From an uncultured Gammaproteobacteria bacterium (GTDB lineage Bacteria > Patescibacteriota > Patescibacteriia > SG8-24), in contig CAZAOV010000006.1 of NCBI GenBank assembly GCA_964486995.1, positions 166 to 64,165 on the forward strand: a stretch of DNA of 64,000 nucleotides. Direction: 5' to 3'. The position numbers were made by a program, and so were the translations under genes. This document shows, piece by piece, positions 53,569 to 63,071 of the stretch. A model generated the notes under the pieces. The model had not been told where the DNA came from, did not search any database, and worked only from the letters and a program-made list of their open reading frames with translations. Numbering within the stretch: position 1 is the first letter of the stretch; each line of letters begins with the position of its first letter.

Positions 53569-54005
53569 AGATTGAGTCCGCAGCATTTGAACAAAACGAA
53601 GCCATTCCGGCGCAGCACACCTGCGATGGCGCTGATACCGCACCCGCGTTGAGGATTAGCGGTGTACCGGAAACCGCCAAGACGGTCGCCATTATTATGG
53701 ACGATCCGGACGCGCCCGGCAGGGCTTGGGTGCACTGGACGGTTTGGAACATACCGGCGCAGGAGGAACTGAGGCTCGATGGTGATTTGCCGGCCGGCGC
53801 AGTAGAAGGAGTGACAAGTTTTGGTTCGGTTGGGTACGGTGGTCCGTGTCCGCCGTCCGGCATGCATCGATATTTTTTCAAGGTGTTCGCGCTGGATACA
53901 GAATTAGATTTATCGCCAGAAACCACCGCAGATGAACTGGAAAGGCATATCGACGAGCATTTGGTTGATAAATGCGGACTAATCGGCATTTACGGTCGCG
54001 AGTAG
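53565..54005 (+). CDS. YbhB/YbcL family PEBP (Raf-kinase-inhibitor-like) protein
   Basis: IIMDDPDAPGRAWVHWTVWNIP and GGPCPPSGMHRYFFKVFALD match the bacterial PEBP signatures. Confidence 0.75.
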   Translation: MKIESAAFEQNEAIPAQHTCDGADTAPALRISGVPETAKTVAIIMDDPDAPGRAWVHWTVWNIPAQEELRLDGDLPAGAVEGVTSFGSVGYGGPCPPSGMHRYFFKVFALDTELDLSPETTADELERHIDEHLVDKCGLIGIYGRE

Positions 54006-54007
54006 TT

Positions 54008-54568
54008 ATGGCGCGAAGATTGTTCATCGGAATACCATTGCCGGAAGACATATCCGGCGAAGTGGTCGGCCTCCGTGTAAAGTTGAATGTCGATTGTGGT
54101 CGCGTGCGGTGGACCAAAGAGGAAAATCTTCATGTGACCGTTTTGTTTTTGGGTGATGTGGAGGACGGGCAGTACGGGCAGCTGCTGTCACGTCTGGAGG
54201 ATGCGTTTGCTCATTTGCACCGTTTGGAACTGACGGCAGCTCAAGTAACGCCGGCACCTCCACATCGGACACCGACCATGTTGTGGCTGGCCTTCAAACC
54301 GAGCGTTGGTTTTGTTGCGATGTGCAAAGCGATCCGCAAAGCAGCTAAAAATATCTTTGAGTTTAAGCCGGCACACAACGAGCCGTTGCCGCACGTGACG
54401 TTGGCGCGATTCCGCGACGGAATACCCGTACCGTGCCAAAAAATGGCTAAAAGTATAGAATATAGGCGTACGTTTGTGGTGGATGAATGTGTGATGTATG
54501 AATCAGAGCTATCCTCGGACGGGCCGACTTATTACGAGCTGCGCCACTTTAAACTAGGAGCCGACTAA
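54008..54568 (+). CDS. thpR: RNA 2',3'-cyclic phosphodiesterase (ThpR/LigT, 2H phosphoesterase)
   Basis: Start set at MARRLFIGIPLP; two H-x-T/S-x motifs (HVTVLFLG and PHVTLARF). Confidence 0.75.
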   Translation: MARRLFIGIPLPEDISGEVVGLRVKLNVDCGRVRWTKEENLHVTVLFLGDVEDGQYGQLLSRLEDAFAHLHRLELTAAQVTPAPPHRTPTMLWLAFKPSVGFVAMCKAIRKAAKNIFEFKPAHNEPLPHVTLARFRDGIPVPCQKMAKSIEYRRTFVVDECVMYESELSSDGPTYYELRHFKLGAD

Positions 54569-54570
54569 AT

Positions 54571-55539
54571 ATGTCGATTTTAACCGCGATATTATTGTTT
54601 ATTGGAGGATTTGCGGCTCTGGTCAAGGGCGCGGATTTATTGGTGGCCGGAGCGTCATCGCTCGCTAAGTGGCTCGGCATTTCTACACTGATTGTTGGCC
54701 TGACCGTAGTGGCGTTAGGAACATCTATGCCCGAGTTGGTGGTGAACGTGTTTGCGTCACTAAAGGGCACTTCAGATATCGCGGTCGGAAACATCATCGG
54801 CAGTAACGTTTCTAATATCGCCTTGGTGCTGGGTCTGTCCGCTATGCTTTATCCGATGCGTGTACAGAACTCTACCATCTGGAAAGAGATTCCGTTCGCA
54901 TTGCTGGCGGTGGTGCTGGTGGCGATAATGGCGAGCGATGTGGCGCTCAATGGACTGATGCGCGACGAGCTTGGCCGCGGTGATGGTCTGGTGCTGGTAT
55001 CGTTCTCCGTCATCTTTCTATATTATATATTGGGACTGGCTCGGCAGGGCAGGGCAGAGCTTGAAGATATTCCGGAAATGACTGTCAGGCGCATGGCGAT
55101 ATATATTTTGCTTGGCATGGTGGCGCTCGTTATCGGCGGTAAGTTGGTAATTGAAGGTGCGGTATCGCTCGCCACCACGGCTGGTATTTCCGAGCGAGTA
55201 ATCGGTTTGACCGTGGTCGCGCTCGGCACGTCACTGCCCGAATTGGTGACATCTGTAGTGGCCGCGTTCCGTAAGCAGCCTGACCTGTCCGTAGGTAACA
55301 TTGTTGGATCTAATATTTTAAATGTGTTCATGGTGCTGGGCGTGAGCGCGATAATTCGACCGTTGCCGTTCTCGAACGATGCTTTGTTTGACGCCACTTT
55401 TAATGTGGTCATCACCTTATTGCTCTTCTTGTTCATGTTTATCGGTCAGAAACACAAATTGGAACGCTGGCAAGGTGTAGGTTTTGTGATGATTTATATT
55501 TCCTATATAACTTATTCGTTCATTAATGGCGCAGCGTGA
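54571..55539 (+). CDS. CaCA-family cation/Ca2+ antiporter (YrbG-like)
   Basis: Two alpha-repeats GTSMPELVVNVFA / GNIIGSNVSNIALVLG and GTSLPELVTSVVAA / GNIVGSNILNVFMVLG; about 10 TM. Confidence 0.8.
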   Translation: MSILTAILLFIGGFAALVKGADLLVAGASSLAKWLGISTLIVGLTVVALGTSMPELVVNVFASLKGTSDIAVGNIIGSNVSNIALVLGLSAMLYPMRVQNSTIWKEIPFALLAVVLVAIMASDVALNGLMRDELGRGDGLVLVSFSVIFLYYILGLARQGRAELEDIPEMTVRRMAIYILLGMVALVIGGKLVIEGAVSLATTAGISERVIGLTVVALGTSLPELVTSVVAAFRKQPDLSVGNIVGSNILNVFMVLGVSAIIRPLPFSNDALFDATFNVVITLLLFLFMFIGQKHKLERWQGVGFVMIYISYITYSFINGAA

Positions 55540-58261
55540 TATGGACATGAAATACCATTCCTTGGATGTGGCTCAGATAATCGAGACCCTTAAGACGGAT
55601 CGAGATCGCGGTCTAAGCGAGTCGGATTCCCGAGAGCGGTTAGACAAAGTTGGGGCAAACGAATTGCCGAGCGGCAAAAAGAAAAGCCTGATGCTGCTAT
55701 TTTTGAATCAGTTTAACAGTCGACTGATCTATGTCTTATTCGCTGCCGCCGGGGTATCTATTGCGATGGGTAAGTATAATGATGCCTATGGAATTCTAAT
55801 CGCAGTTTTGCTCAATGCGGTGTTCGGTTTTTGGCAGGAACGAAAGGCAGAGGACGCCATCGCCAAGCTGCAGCAGATGGTGGTGCACGAAACCACGGTC
55901 ATACGGGACGGTGTGGCCAATCGTATTCCGTCTTCTATTTTGGTTCCCGGAGATATCGTCATGCTGGAAGAGGGGGATCGGGTGCCGGCTGACGCGAGGC
56001 TTATTTCTTGTAGGGATTTACGCATAAACGAGGCTGCGCTGACTGGTGAATCAAATTCCGTGCCGAAGAAGTCAGGCATCTTGTCCGAATCGGTGGAACG
56101 GCCGGATATGTCTAATATGGTTTGGATGGGCACCACTGCGGTGGCTGGTACAGCTCGAATTGTTATCGTTGCGACTGGAATCAGAACAGCTTTTGGCAGT
56201 ATCGCCACCTCGCTTCAGAGCATTAAGCAGGAAAAGGCACCGCTGGAGATTCGGGTTGACCGGCTAGGTCAGAAGTTAGGGATAATTTCAATTGTGTTGT
56301 CGGCCATAGTATTTTTGTTCGGGTGGCTGCAGGGAACTGAACTGATGGAGATGTTTTTCTTTGCCGTGGCACTGGTGGTGTCGGTGATTCCGGAAGGCTT
56401 GCCTGCAGTGCTGGCAGTGGTGCTGGCGATCGGCGTGCGCCGCATGGCCAAACGCAACGCCATCATTCGTCACGTTCCTTCGGTCGAGACTCTGGGTGTG
56501 GCCGATATAATTTGCACCGACAAAACCGGCACGTTGACCGAAAACAAGATGACCGTGCGTGAGCTGTTTGCTGACGGGCGATCGATTAGTGTCAGCGGTG
56601 AGGGCTGGAGGCCGGAGGGGAAGTTCACGCATGACGGTAAGAAGGTTCGTCCGGCTGAACATCACACGCTCAACATGATGCTAAAAGTCGCGACCTTGTG
56701 CAACAAGGCCGCATTGGCTAGGGAGGAGGGGCGAGATTCGATAATCGGTGACCCTACGGAAGGAGCCTTAGTTGTGCTGGGCGCCAAGGCCGGTCTGGAC
56801 AAGCACAGCCTATCCGGGGAATACGTTCTTATTGATGAAATTCCGTTCAGTTCCTCGCGGATGTATCGGGCCATATTAGTTGAAAATTGCACTCTAGAGG
56901 GGCAGTGTGAGCGACATATTTTTATTGTCGGTGCTTACGAGGTGCTAAAGGACCGGTCAGCTAGCGCTTCATTGGACGATGAATTGCGGGGGCTGGCTTC
57001 GGTGGGTTCAGATTTTGACGAGGCCAATAAGCGTATGGCTAGTGATGCCATGCGTGTGCTCGCCGTGGCTCACAAAACCGTCAATATTCAAAAGAACACG
57101 TTGGCCGATGCTGATATTCATGATTTGGTGTTGCTTGGCTTGGTGGGCATGATTGACCCGCCGCGCAAGGGTGTGGCCGAGTCCGTGGCTAAGGCGCGAC
57201 GTGCCGGTGTGCGCATTATTATGGCGACCGGTGACCAGTTGCCGACTGCTTCGGCAATAGCTAGAGAGGTAGGCATCACTGACGGTTGTCGGGATGAAGA
57301 ATGTCATGGCATATATACCGATAGTGACGTAGCGAAGATGTCAGATGAGGAGTTTATGGATGCCTTGCGGAACGCGACAATCTTTGCTCGTGTTTCGCCG
57401 AGCACCAAGCTGAGAATAGTTGGTGCGCTTCAGGATATGGGGCACACGGTCGCCATGACGGGTGACGGGGTGAATGACGCCCCGGCGTTGAAGCGCGCGG
57501 CGATTGGAGTTTCGATGGGCATAACCGGCACCGATGTGTCGAAGGAAGTTTCGGATATGGTTTTGGCGGACGATAATTTTACCTCGATTCTGAACGCGAT
57601 AGAAGAAGGGCGGATTATTTTCCGCAATGTAAAGAATACGGTTGCCTATCTCGTGATGACTAATGCGGGCGAGGTAATCACTGTTCTCGCAAGCATGGTA
57701 ATGGGGATGCCGCTTCCGCTGCTTCCGGCACAGATTTTGTGGATGAATTTGGTGACCGATAGTTTTCCGGTCGTATCATTGGCTACTGAGCAGCGTCGGG
57801 GGCATGTGCTGGAAGAACCGCCGCGCGATCGAACCGCACCGATTTTATCACGTGGGGTAATCACATTGACCCTGCTCACCTCCAGTTTGATGTGTATCGG
57901 TACCTTGCTGCTGTTTTGGTCGGCGCTTGGAGGGCGCGGAATTGAGTATGCGCGGTCGGTGGCGTTTACGACCATGGCCATGTTTCAGCTCTGGAACGTC
58001 TTTAACATGCGGTCAAATCAGGATTCGCTATTCAAGATTGGTATTTTGAGCAATCGGTGGGTGGCGCTGGCGGTGACGGCTTCGCTGTCGCTGCAGTTTG
58101 CCGTACTGTATTTGCCTTTCTTGCAGAATGTATTCCAGACTGTTCCGCTGGATTGGCAGCATTGGGCGATGATTACCGTGATATCTAGTTCGGTTTTGTT
58201 TGTGGTTGAGGGGTATAAGTGGTTGTTGCGAAAACATGCCTTGTCGGACAGATGGAGATAG
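55526..58261 (+). CDS. P-type ATPase, cation-transporting (P2-type, Ca2+/Mg2+-like)
   Basis: Phosphorylation motif ICTDKTGTLTENKM, hinge MTGDGVNDAPALKRAAIGVSMG, TGES-type actuator loop (LTGESNSV), 10 TM topology. Confidence 0.9.
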   Translation: MAQRDMDMKYHSLDVAQIIETLKTDRDRGLSESDSRERLDKVGANELPSGKKKSLMLLFLNQFNSRLIYVLFAAAGVSIAMGKYNDAYGILIAVLLNAVFGFWQERKAEDAIAKLQQMVVHETTVIRDGVANRIPSSILVPGDIVMLEEGDRVPADARLISCRDLRINEAALTGESNSVPKKSGILSESVERPDMSNMVWMGTTAVAGTARIVIVATGIRTAFGSIATSLQSIKQEKAPLEIRVDRLGQKLGIISIVLSAIVFLFGWLQGTELMEMFFFAVALVVSVIPEGLPAVLAVVLAIGVRRMAKRNAIIRHVPSVETLGVADIICTDKTGTLTENKMTVRELFADGRSISVSGEGWRPEGKFTHDGKKVRPAEHHTLNMMLKVATLCNKAALAREEGRDSIIGDPTEGALVVLGAKAGLDKHSLSGEYVLIDEIPFSSSRMYRAILVENCTLEGQCERHIFIVGAYEVLKDRSASASLDDELRGLASVGSDFDEANKRMASDAMRVLAVAHKTVNIQKNTLADADIHDLVLLGLVGMIDPPRKGVAESVAKARRAGVRIIMATGDQLPTASAIAREVGITDGCRDEECHGIYTDSDVAKMSDEEFMDALRNATIFARVSPSTKLRIVGALQDMGHTVAMTGDGVNDAPALKRAAIGVSMGITGTDVSKEVSDMVLADDNFTSILNAIEEGRIIFRNVKNTVAYLVMTNAGEVITVLASMVMGMPLPLLPAQILWMNLVTDSFPVVSLATEQRRGHVLEEPPRDRTAPILSRGVITLTLLTSSLMCIGTLLLFWSALGGRGIEYARSVAFTTMAMFQLWNVFNMRSNQDSLFKIGILSNRWVALAVTASLSLQFAVLYLPFLQNVFQTVPLDWQHWAMITVISSSVLFVVEGYKWLLRKHALSDRWR

Positions 58262-58303
58262 TAGAATAAATAATCGGCATCATGAGGTGTCGGTTTTTTA
58301 AAT

Positions 58304-58462
58304 TGGGATAACGTCTTCTGTCTTGAGTCTTTAATCCCCGTTGTCGTCCCCTAAGATGAACGCGCTTACCTGAAAAACAGTCAGAATTGTTTTAAGGCGG
58401 ACACTCTCCAAAACAAGTCTGACTGTTTTTCAGCGTTTTTCGATCCGTGGCGGCCGTGACTG
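58304..58462. repeat. composite intergenic repeat, copy 3
   Basis: Box ACGTCTTCTGTCTTGAGTCTTTAATCCCC; AAGATGAACGCGCTTACCTG + AAAAACAGTCAGAATTGTTTTAAG ... CAAAACAAGTCTGACTGTTTTT inverted repeat; tail CGATCCGTGGCGGCCGTGAC. Same family as 45118..45330. Confidence 0.7.
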
Positions 58463-58533
58463 AGCAAGTACGTAAATGAAACTCCATTTATGCCAATAAA
58501 AAAACCGCCACCACCAGGTGACGGTTTAAGTTT

Positions 58534-59163
58534 TTACAGCGATGGCATGGGCGGCAGTCTATCTCCCAACTTCCGCTTCGCCAGTTTTTTTTCGAATCGC
58601 GTGAACTCTTCTTTGGTGATGCGCATTTCAAAGATTGATGTCGCAGTAATATACACGACAAATCCCAATGGCATAAGCAGCAGTGTCCACAGCAGGTCAT
58701 AGCTCGATTCGCCCACATTGAGCCAACCCGCTACACTAGCGCAGACGGACAACGTCAGTACGCCGGCGCTGATTGGCAGGGCTCGTTCGCGGCGCTCGTC
58801 TTCAGCGTATTTTACCGCTTGCACTTCCGCGTATCCTCTATAGAGACCAAGCGGCACCAGAGTCACGCTCATCCCGAGCAATATCCACCAGAATCCAGGC
58901 AGCAACCCAATCAGCAGTCCGGCAACCGCGCCGATCCCCATTGGCTTGACGCTATTCGGGTACGTGCGGTACCCGTGCATCGCTGCCCAAGCTAGGATAC
59001 CGCCAAAAATCGGCGCCATAATCATGGTTAGCATCATGAACCGACACGAGCCGGCAATTATCACGCCAATCACGCCGAGCATGAGCCCGACGAGCGCACC
59101 AACAGCGGCGAACGCTTTTGGGTCGCCAAGTTCAGTCAGTTGCGTCTCGATATTATCGTTCAT
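58534..59163 (-). CDS. hypothetical multi-pass membrane protein
   Basis: About 5 hydrophobic helices, Gly-rich (IAGSCRFMMLTMIMAPIFGGILAWAAM); C-terminal basic tail. Confidence 0.5.
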   Translation of the reverse strand: MNDNIETQLTELGDPKAFAAVGALVGLMLGVIGVIIAGSCRFMMLTMIMAPIFGGILAWAAMHGYRTYPNSVKPMGIGAVAGLLIGLLPGFWWILLGMSVTLVPLGLYRGYAEVQAVKYAEDERRERALPISAGVLTLSVCASVAGWLNVGESSYDLLWTLLLMPLGFVVYITATSIFEMRITKEEFTRFEKKLAKRKLGDRLPPMPSL

Positions 59164-59310
59164 TTCAAGTTCCTTTCCTGTTTTAAAGGGTGTAAAGAAC
59201 CGCTAAAAATAGCATAAAATAGCTATTTTGTCAACATCACCTTAATTTCTGCACCTCACTCCATACTGTCTAATTATGGTAAAATTAATGTAATAATAGC
59301 TAAAAAACTT

Positions 59311-59757
59311 ATGTCTAAAAGCAATAAGATTCCGCACATCACGTGCGAACATCTACAAGAAATTAAAGAGGAAGACGGACCAGATCACGCCGTCATCGAT
59401 GTCCGTGACACCACTGAGTTTGATGCTGGGCATATCGAGGGCTCGCACAATGTACCGCGGCGCGAACTCACAAAAAACATCGAAAGCGTAGTGCCGCATA
59501 AGTTGCACCGCGTGATTGTTGTGGTCGGGATTACCGAAGAACCTGAAATCGAATATATACACGATGAGCTCACCCAGCTGGGCTACGAGAGCGTCGAGTT
59601 TCTGGCCGGCGGTTTTGACAAGTGGTGCGAGATTGCCATGCCCACGGTTGAAGACGTGCTTGGTGAGGAGACACCGGAAGAAGCCGGCATGCGTGGCGAC
59701 GGCACCGATGATTATGAGGGCGAAGATTTGGAAGAGAAGAACGAACCGTTGTTGTAA
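59311..59757 (+). CDS. rhodanese-like domain protein with acidic C-terminal tail (no catalytic cysteine)
   Basis: DVRDTTEFDAGHIEGSHNVPRREL is a rhodanese N-terminal signature; active-site loop VVVGITEEPE lacks Cys. Confidence 0.5.
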   Translation: MSKSNKIPHITCEHLQEIKEEDGPDHAVIDVRDTTEFDAGHIEGSHNVPRRELTKNIESVVPHKLHRVIVVVGITEEPEIEYIHDELTQLGYESVEFLAGGFDKWCEIAMPTVEDVLGEETPEEAGMRGDGTDDYEGEDLEEKNEPLL

Positions 59758-59760
59758 ACA

Positions 59761-61116
59761 ATGAACGACGCACATAAAAAACTTCACGGTGATGACTCGG
59801 GTGTTCAGCATGAGTTGCCTTCGTATATCACCGAGCTGCCGCAGGCGAGACCGCACATTCACGAAACGCGGGTTTTTCCGGAAGGTTTTTTATGGGGTGC
59901 GGCTACTTCTGCGCATCAAGTGGAGGGTCATAATAACAAGAACGACTGGTGGCGGTGGGAGCAGAATGGACGCGTATTGGACAAACAGGTGTCAGGCGAC
60001 GCCTGCGATCATTACTGTCGATACGAAAGTGATTTTGATTTGGCGGCTGAGATGGGGAATAACGCCCATAGATTGTCTATCGAATGGAGTCGTATCGAGC
60101 CGGTCGAGGGCGAATTCAACATGGACGAGGTTCTGCATTATCGACAGGTACTAGAAGCCCTTAAGAAGCGCGGCATCAAGACTATGGTTACATTGTGGCA
60201 CTTTACGTTGCCAGCTTGGTTCGCAGATCAAGGCGGATGGTTAAGTCCGAGTGCGGTAAAAAAATTTAAACGCTATGTCGAATTTATCGCACGTGAACTT
60301 GGAGACCAGGTTGATATCTGGAATACCATCAACGAACCCATGATTTATTTGGGGCAGACTTATGGCACTGGAGCTTGGCCGCCGGGCACCAAAAGTAGCT
60401 GGAAATTTTTTTGTGCTTTCGTGAGGCTGGTAAAAGCACATAAAAACGCATATCGAGTGCTGCATGACAGCTTGGATACCGAGAACAGTCAAATCCAGGT
60501 CGGCATCGCCAAGAACGTAGTAACCTACGAACCGTATCGACGCTACTCTGAAATTGACGCGGTGTTTATTAGGTTAATGGATCGCCTATTTAATCATCAG
60601 TTCTTTGTTTGGACTAAGGGGTATCATGATTTCATCGGCATCAACTATTATTTTCACTACCGCGTGAAAACCCGCCCCTCTAAGGCATCGGAGTTTTTCT
60701 TTGAGGTGCATACCGAGAACCGCGAGGTAAGTGATTTGGGCTGGGAAGTTCATCCACCGGGAATATTTGAGGCATTGATGGCATTTACCCGCTACAAGCT
60801 TCCTATATATATAACCGAGAACGGTATCGCTAGCGCGGACGACGGCAAGCGGCCACGGTTTTTAGTCTCGATGATAAAAGAGGTGTACCACGCCATTAAG
60901 GCCGGGGCTGACGTGCGCGGCTATTTTCACTGGTCATTGCTAGATAATTTCGAATGGGAAAAGGGTTTCGCCGGTCGGTTTGGGCTGGTGGCCGTGGATT
61001 TCCGAACACAGAAACGTACGCCACGCCGCAGTTATTTCGTGTATCAAGATATTTGCCAGAACAACGGCCTGCGACATGACCTGCTGAAGTTCGCCGGACA
61101 CGGCGTGCGCTGGTGA
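59761..61116 (+). CDS. glycoside hydrolase family 1 beta-glucosidase
   Basis: FLWGAATSAHQVEGHNNKNDWW (N-terminal GH1 signature), acid/base TINEPMIY (NEP), nucleophile YITENGIA (TENG). Confidence 0.85.
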   Translation: MNDAHKKLHGDDSGVQHELPSYITELPQARPHIHETRVFPEGFLWGAATSAHQVEGHNNKNDWWRWEQNGRVLDKQVSGDACDHYCRYESDFDLAAEMGNNAHRLSIEWSRIEPVEGEFNMDEVLHYRQVLEALKKRGIKTMVTLWHFTLPAWFADQGGWLSPSAVKKFKRYVEFIARELGDQVDIWNTINEPMIYLGQTYGTGAWPPGTKSSWKFFCAFVRLVKAHKNAYRVLHDSLDTENSQIQVGIAKNVVTYEPYRRYSEIDAVFIRLMDRLFNHQFFVWTKGYHDFIGINYYFHYRVKTRPSKASEFFFEVHTENREVSDLGWEVHPPGIFEALMAFTRYKLPIYITENGIASADDGKRPRFLVSMIKEVYHAIKAGADVRGYFHWSLLDNFEWEKGFAGRFGLVAVDFRTQKRTPRRSYFVYQDICQNNGLRHDLLKFAGHGVRW

Positions 61117-61177
61117 ACAGGTTTTAACTAGATAGTTATCCACTTTTTGGTCCCTGGCACCTATTTTGGGGATAAAA

Positions 61178-61208
61178 AAGCTCCCGTGTCGGGGAGCGAT
61201 TGATTAGC
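61178..61208 (-). terminator. Rho-independent terminator for minus-strand gene 61204..61575
   Basis: GCTCCCgtgtcGGGGAGC hairpin preceded on the plus strand by AAAAAA (a T-run on the minus strand). Confidence 0.6.
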
Positions 61209-61575
61209 GCAGATAGGTGTGCGTCCACATGAAAATATGCACTAGAGTCGGGATAGCATACACCACCAGCAAGAACATCATGCCGTAGTAGGCATATGCG
61301 TAGCGCCTCCAAGCGAAGTAGATTAGAAACGCGGCCGCGGCGGTGATGCCCAGGGTCTTGATTCCGATGAATAGACTGCTGTCATACTGGACTATATAAG
61401 CCATGAACGGATTGGCTTCCTCAGCTCCGAGCTGAATCCAGTATAGAGTGGCGAACGCGTCTAGAACGTTCAATGCAATCAGCCCGAAGGCCATTAAGGC
61501 CATGAGCCACACGCGAGGCTGTCTCGCCAGAAGAGCCGGTTGTGACACTGCGGGTCTCCAATCATAAAAGGGCAA
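61204..61575 (-). CDS. hypothetical small membrane protein
   Basis: 123 aa, 4 predicted TM helices. Confidence 0.45.
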   Translation of the reverse strand: MPFYDWRPAVSQPALLARQPRVWLMALMAFGLIALNVLDAFATLYWIQLGAEEANPFMAYIVQYDSSLFIGIKTLGITAAAAFLIYFAWRRYAYAYYGMMFLLVVYAIPTLVHIFMWTHTYLR

Positions 61576-61624
61576 TATCGAAACTTAACAGCCAATATTT
61601 TTTCAGTCAACTAACGAGAGCAAC

Positions 61625-62968
61625 ATGCAACTGACATTTTATGGTGCGGCCGGAGAAGTAACCGGCTCAAAAACCCTCATCGAAACCGGCGGCAAACGTT
61701 ATCTTATTGATTGCGGCTTGTTTCACGGTGAGTCCAGCGATCGGAACGAGGAAGATTTCGGATTTGACGTGAAGTCGGTGGACGCGGTTATCGTCACACA
61801 CGCTCATCTAGATCACATTGGTCTGATACCAAAGATGGTCAAAGAGGGTTATCGCGGACCGATATACGCCACCGAACCCACGCGATTAATTTCTCTTCGC
61901 ATGTGGGAAGATGCGGCCAAGGTGCAGGCCGAAGAGACTGAGGGCGGCGGTCATAAAATATACGATTTGGGCGATGTAAAGCAAGCTTATAAGCAGACGT
62001 CGGGTGTTGGCTACGGTGAGTGGCTGAATTTACCCGGCAACACCGAAGTGCGCTTCCGTGACGCCGGTCATATTTTAGGTTCGGCGTTTGTGGAATTCAG
62101 GGCTGAAGGACAGACCGTAGTATTCTCAGGTGACGTCGGCAATGACGATGTGCCGATTTTGAAGAATACCGAGTCACTTGATGATGCAGATGTGGTAATT
62201 ATGGAATCGACTTATGGGGCACGTATTCATGAGGATGCTATTGGTCGGTCTGAGCTGTTGAAGCGAGCGATTCAGGATGCGGTCGTCAGGCATGGAACAT
62301 TGCTGATTCCAGCCTTTTCATTGGAACGAACCCAAGAGATTCTATACGAAATGAATGGCATGATTGAGGGCGGTTCGCTTCAGAAAGTTCCGGTTTTTTT
62401 GGACGGACCATTGGCCATTGATTTACTGCCCATATTTCGTCAGTTTCCGGAGTTATATGATAAGGAGGCCACATTGACCCACGCCGTAGGTGATGATTTT
62501 TTCCGTTTTCCCGGTTTGAAAATTACCCGGCACGGCAAGGAATCGTATAGGATTGATGGTGTGGCGCCGCCAAAAGTCATTATCGCTGGTTCTGGTATGA
62601 TGGGCGGCGGTCGTATCGTGCGGCATCTGGCCAAGTATTTACCGAGCGAAAAAAATATGGTGCTTATAGTTGGATATCAAGCATCAGGTACGCGCGGTCG
62701 AGAAATATTGGATGGCGCGTCTGTGGTTGATATAGATGAGGAACAGGTGTCGGTGAATGCCGAAATTAGAATCATCAACGCCTACTCCGCGCACGGCGAC
62801 AAAGACAAGCTTGTCCGCTGGCTCGGTACGGCCAAACGAAAACCAAAGAAAGTCTTCCTGAATCATGGCGAGCAGGATCAGTCAGAGAAGCTGGCCGAGG
62901 TGATACATTCCGGTGACCATGCGGACCAAGCGATTGTGCCGGCTGAAGGCACGACATACGAGCTCTAA
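61625..62968 (+). CDS. MBL-fold metallo-hydrolase of the beta-CASP family (RNA-metabolising ribonuclease-like)
   Basis: Motif 2 VIVTHAHLDHIGLIP (HxHxDH), motif 3 GHILGSA, beta-CASP motif B (H at NAYSAHGD) and terminal His (NHGE); 447 aa. Confidence 0.8.
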   Translation: MQLTFYGAAGEVTGSKTLIETGGKRYLIDCGLFHGESSDRNEEDFGFDVKSVDAVIVTHAHLDHIGLIPKMVKEGYRGPIYATEPTRLISLRMWEDAAKVQAEETEGGGHKIYDLGDVKQAYKQTSGVGYGEWLNLPGNTEVRFRDAGHILGSAFVEFRAEGQTVVFSGDVGNDDVPILKNTESLDDADVVIMESTYGARIHEDAIGRSELLKRAIQDAVVRHGTLLIPAFSLERTQEILYEMNGMIEGGSLQKVPVFLDGPLAIDLLPIFRQFPELYDKEATLTHAVGDDFFRFPGLKITRHGKESYRIDGVAPPKVIIAGSGMMGGGRIVRHLAKYLPSEKNMVLIVGYQASGTRGREILDGASVVDIDEEQVSVNAEIRIINAYSAHGDKDKLVRWLGTAKRKPKKVFLNHGEQDQSEKLAEVIHSGDHADQAIVPAEGTTYEL

Positions 62969-62983
62969 AAAAGTCAGATAGTT

Positions 62984-63035
62984 TTTGCTGAAGCACGGCT
63001 TTAAAAACCGTCAGACTTATTTTTGACAAACACTA
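62984..63035. repeat. degenerate copy of the palindromic repeat
   Basis: AAAAAGTCAGATAGTTTTTGCTGAAG ... CTTTAAAAACCGTCAGACTTATTTTT resembles the AAAAACAGTCAGACTTGTTTTGAAG/CTTAAAACAAGTCTGACTGTTTTT arms but the arms are no longer perfectly complementary. Confidence 0.4.
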
Positions 63036-63071
63036 ATAAAAAAGAGACCGACAGAAGCGGTCCCCGCTTTG

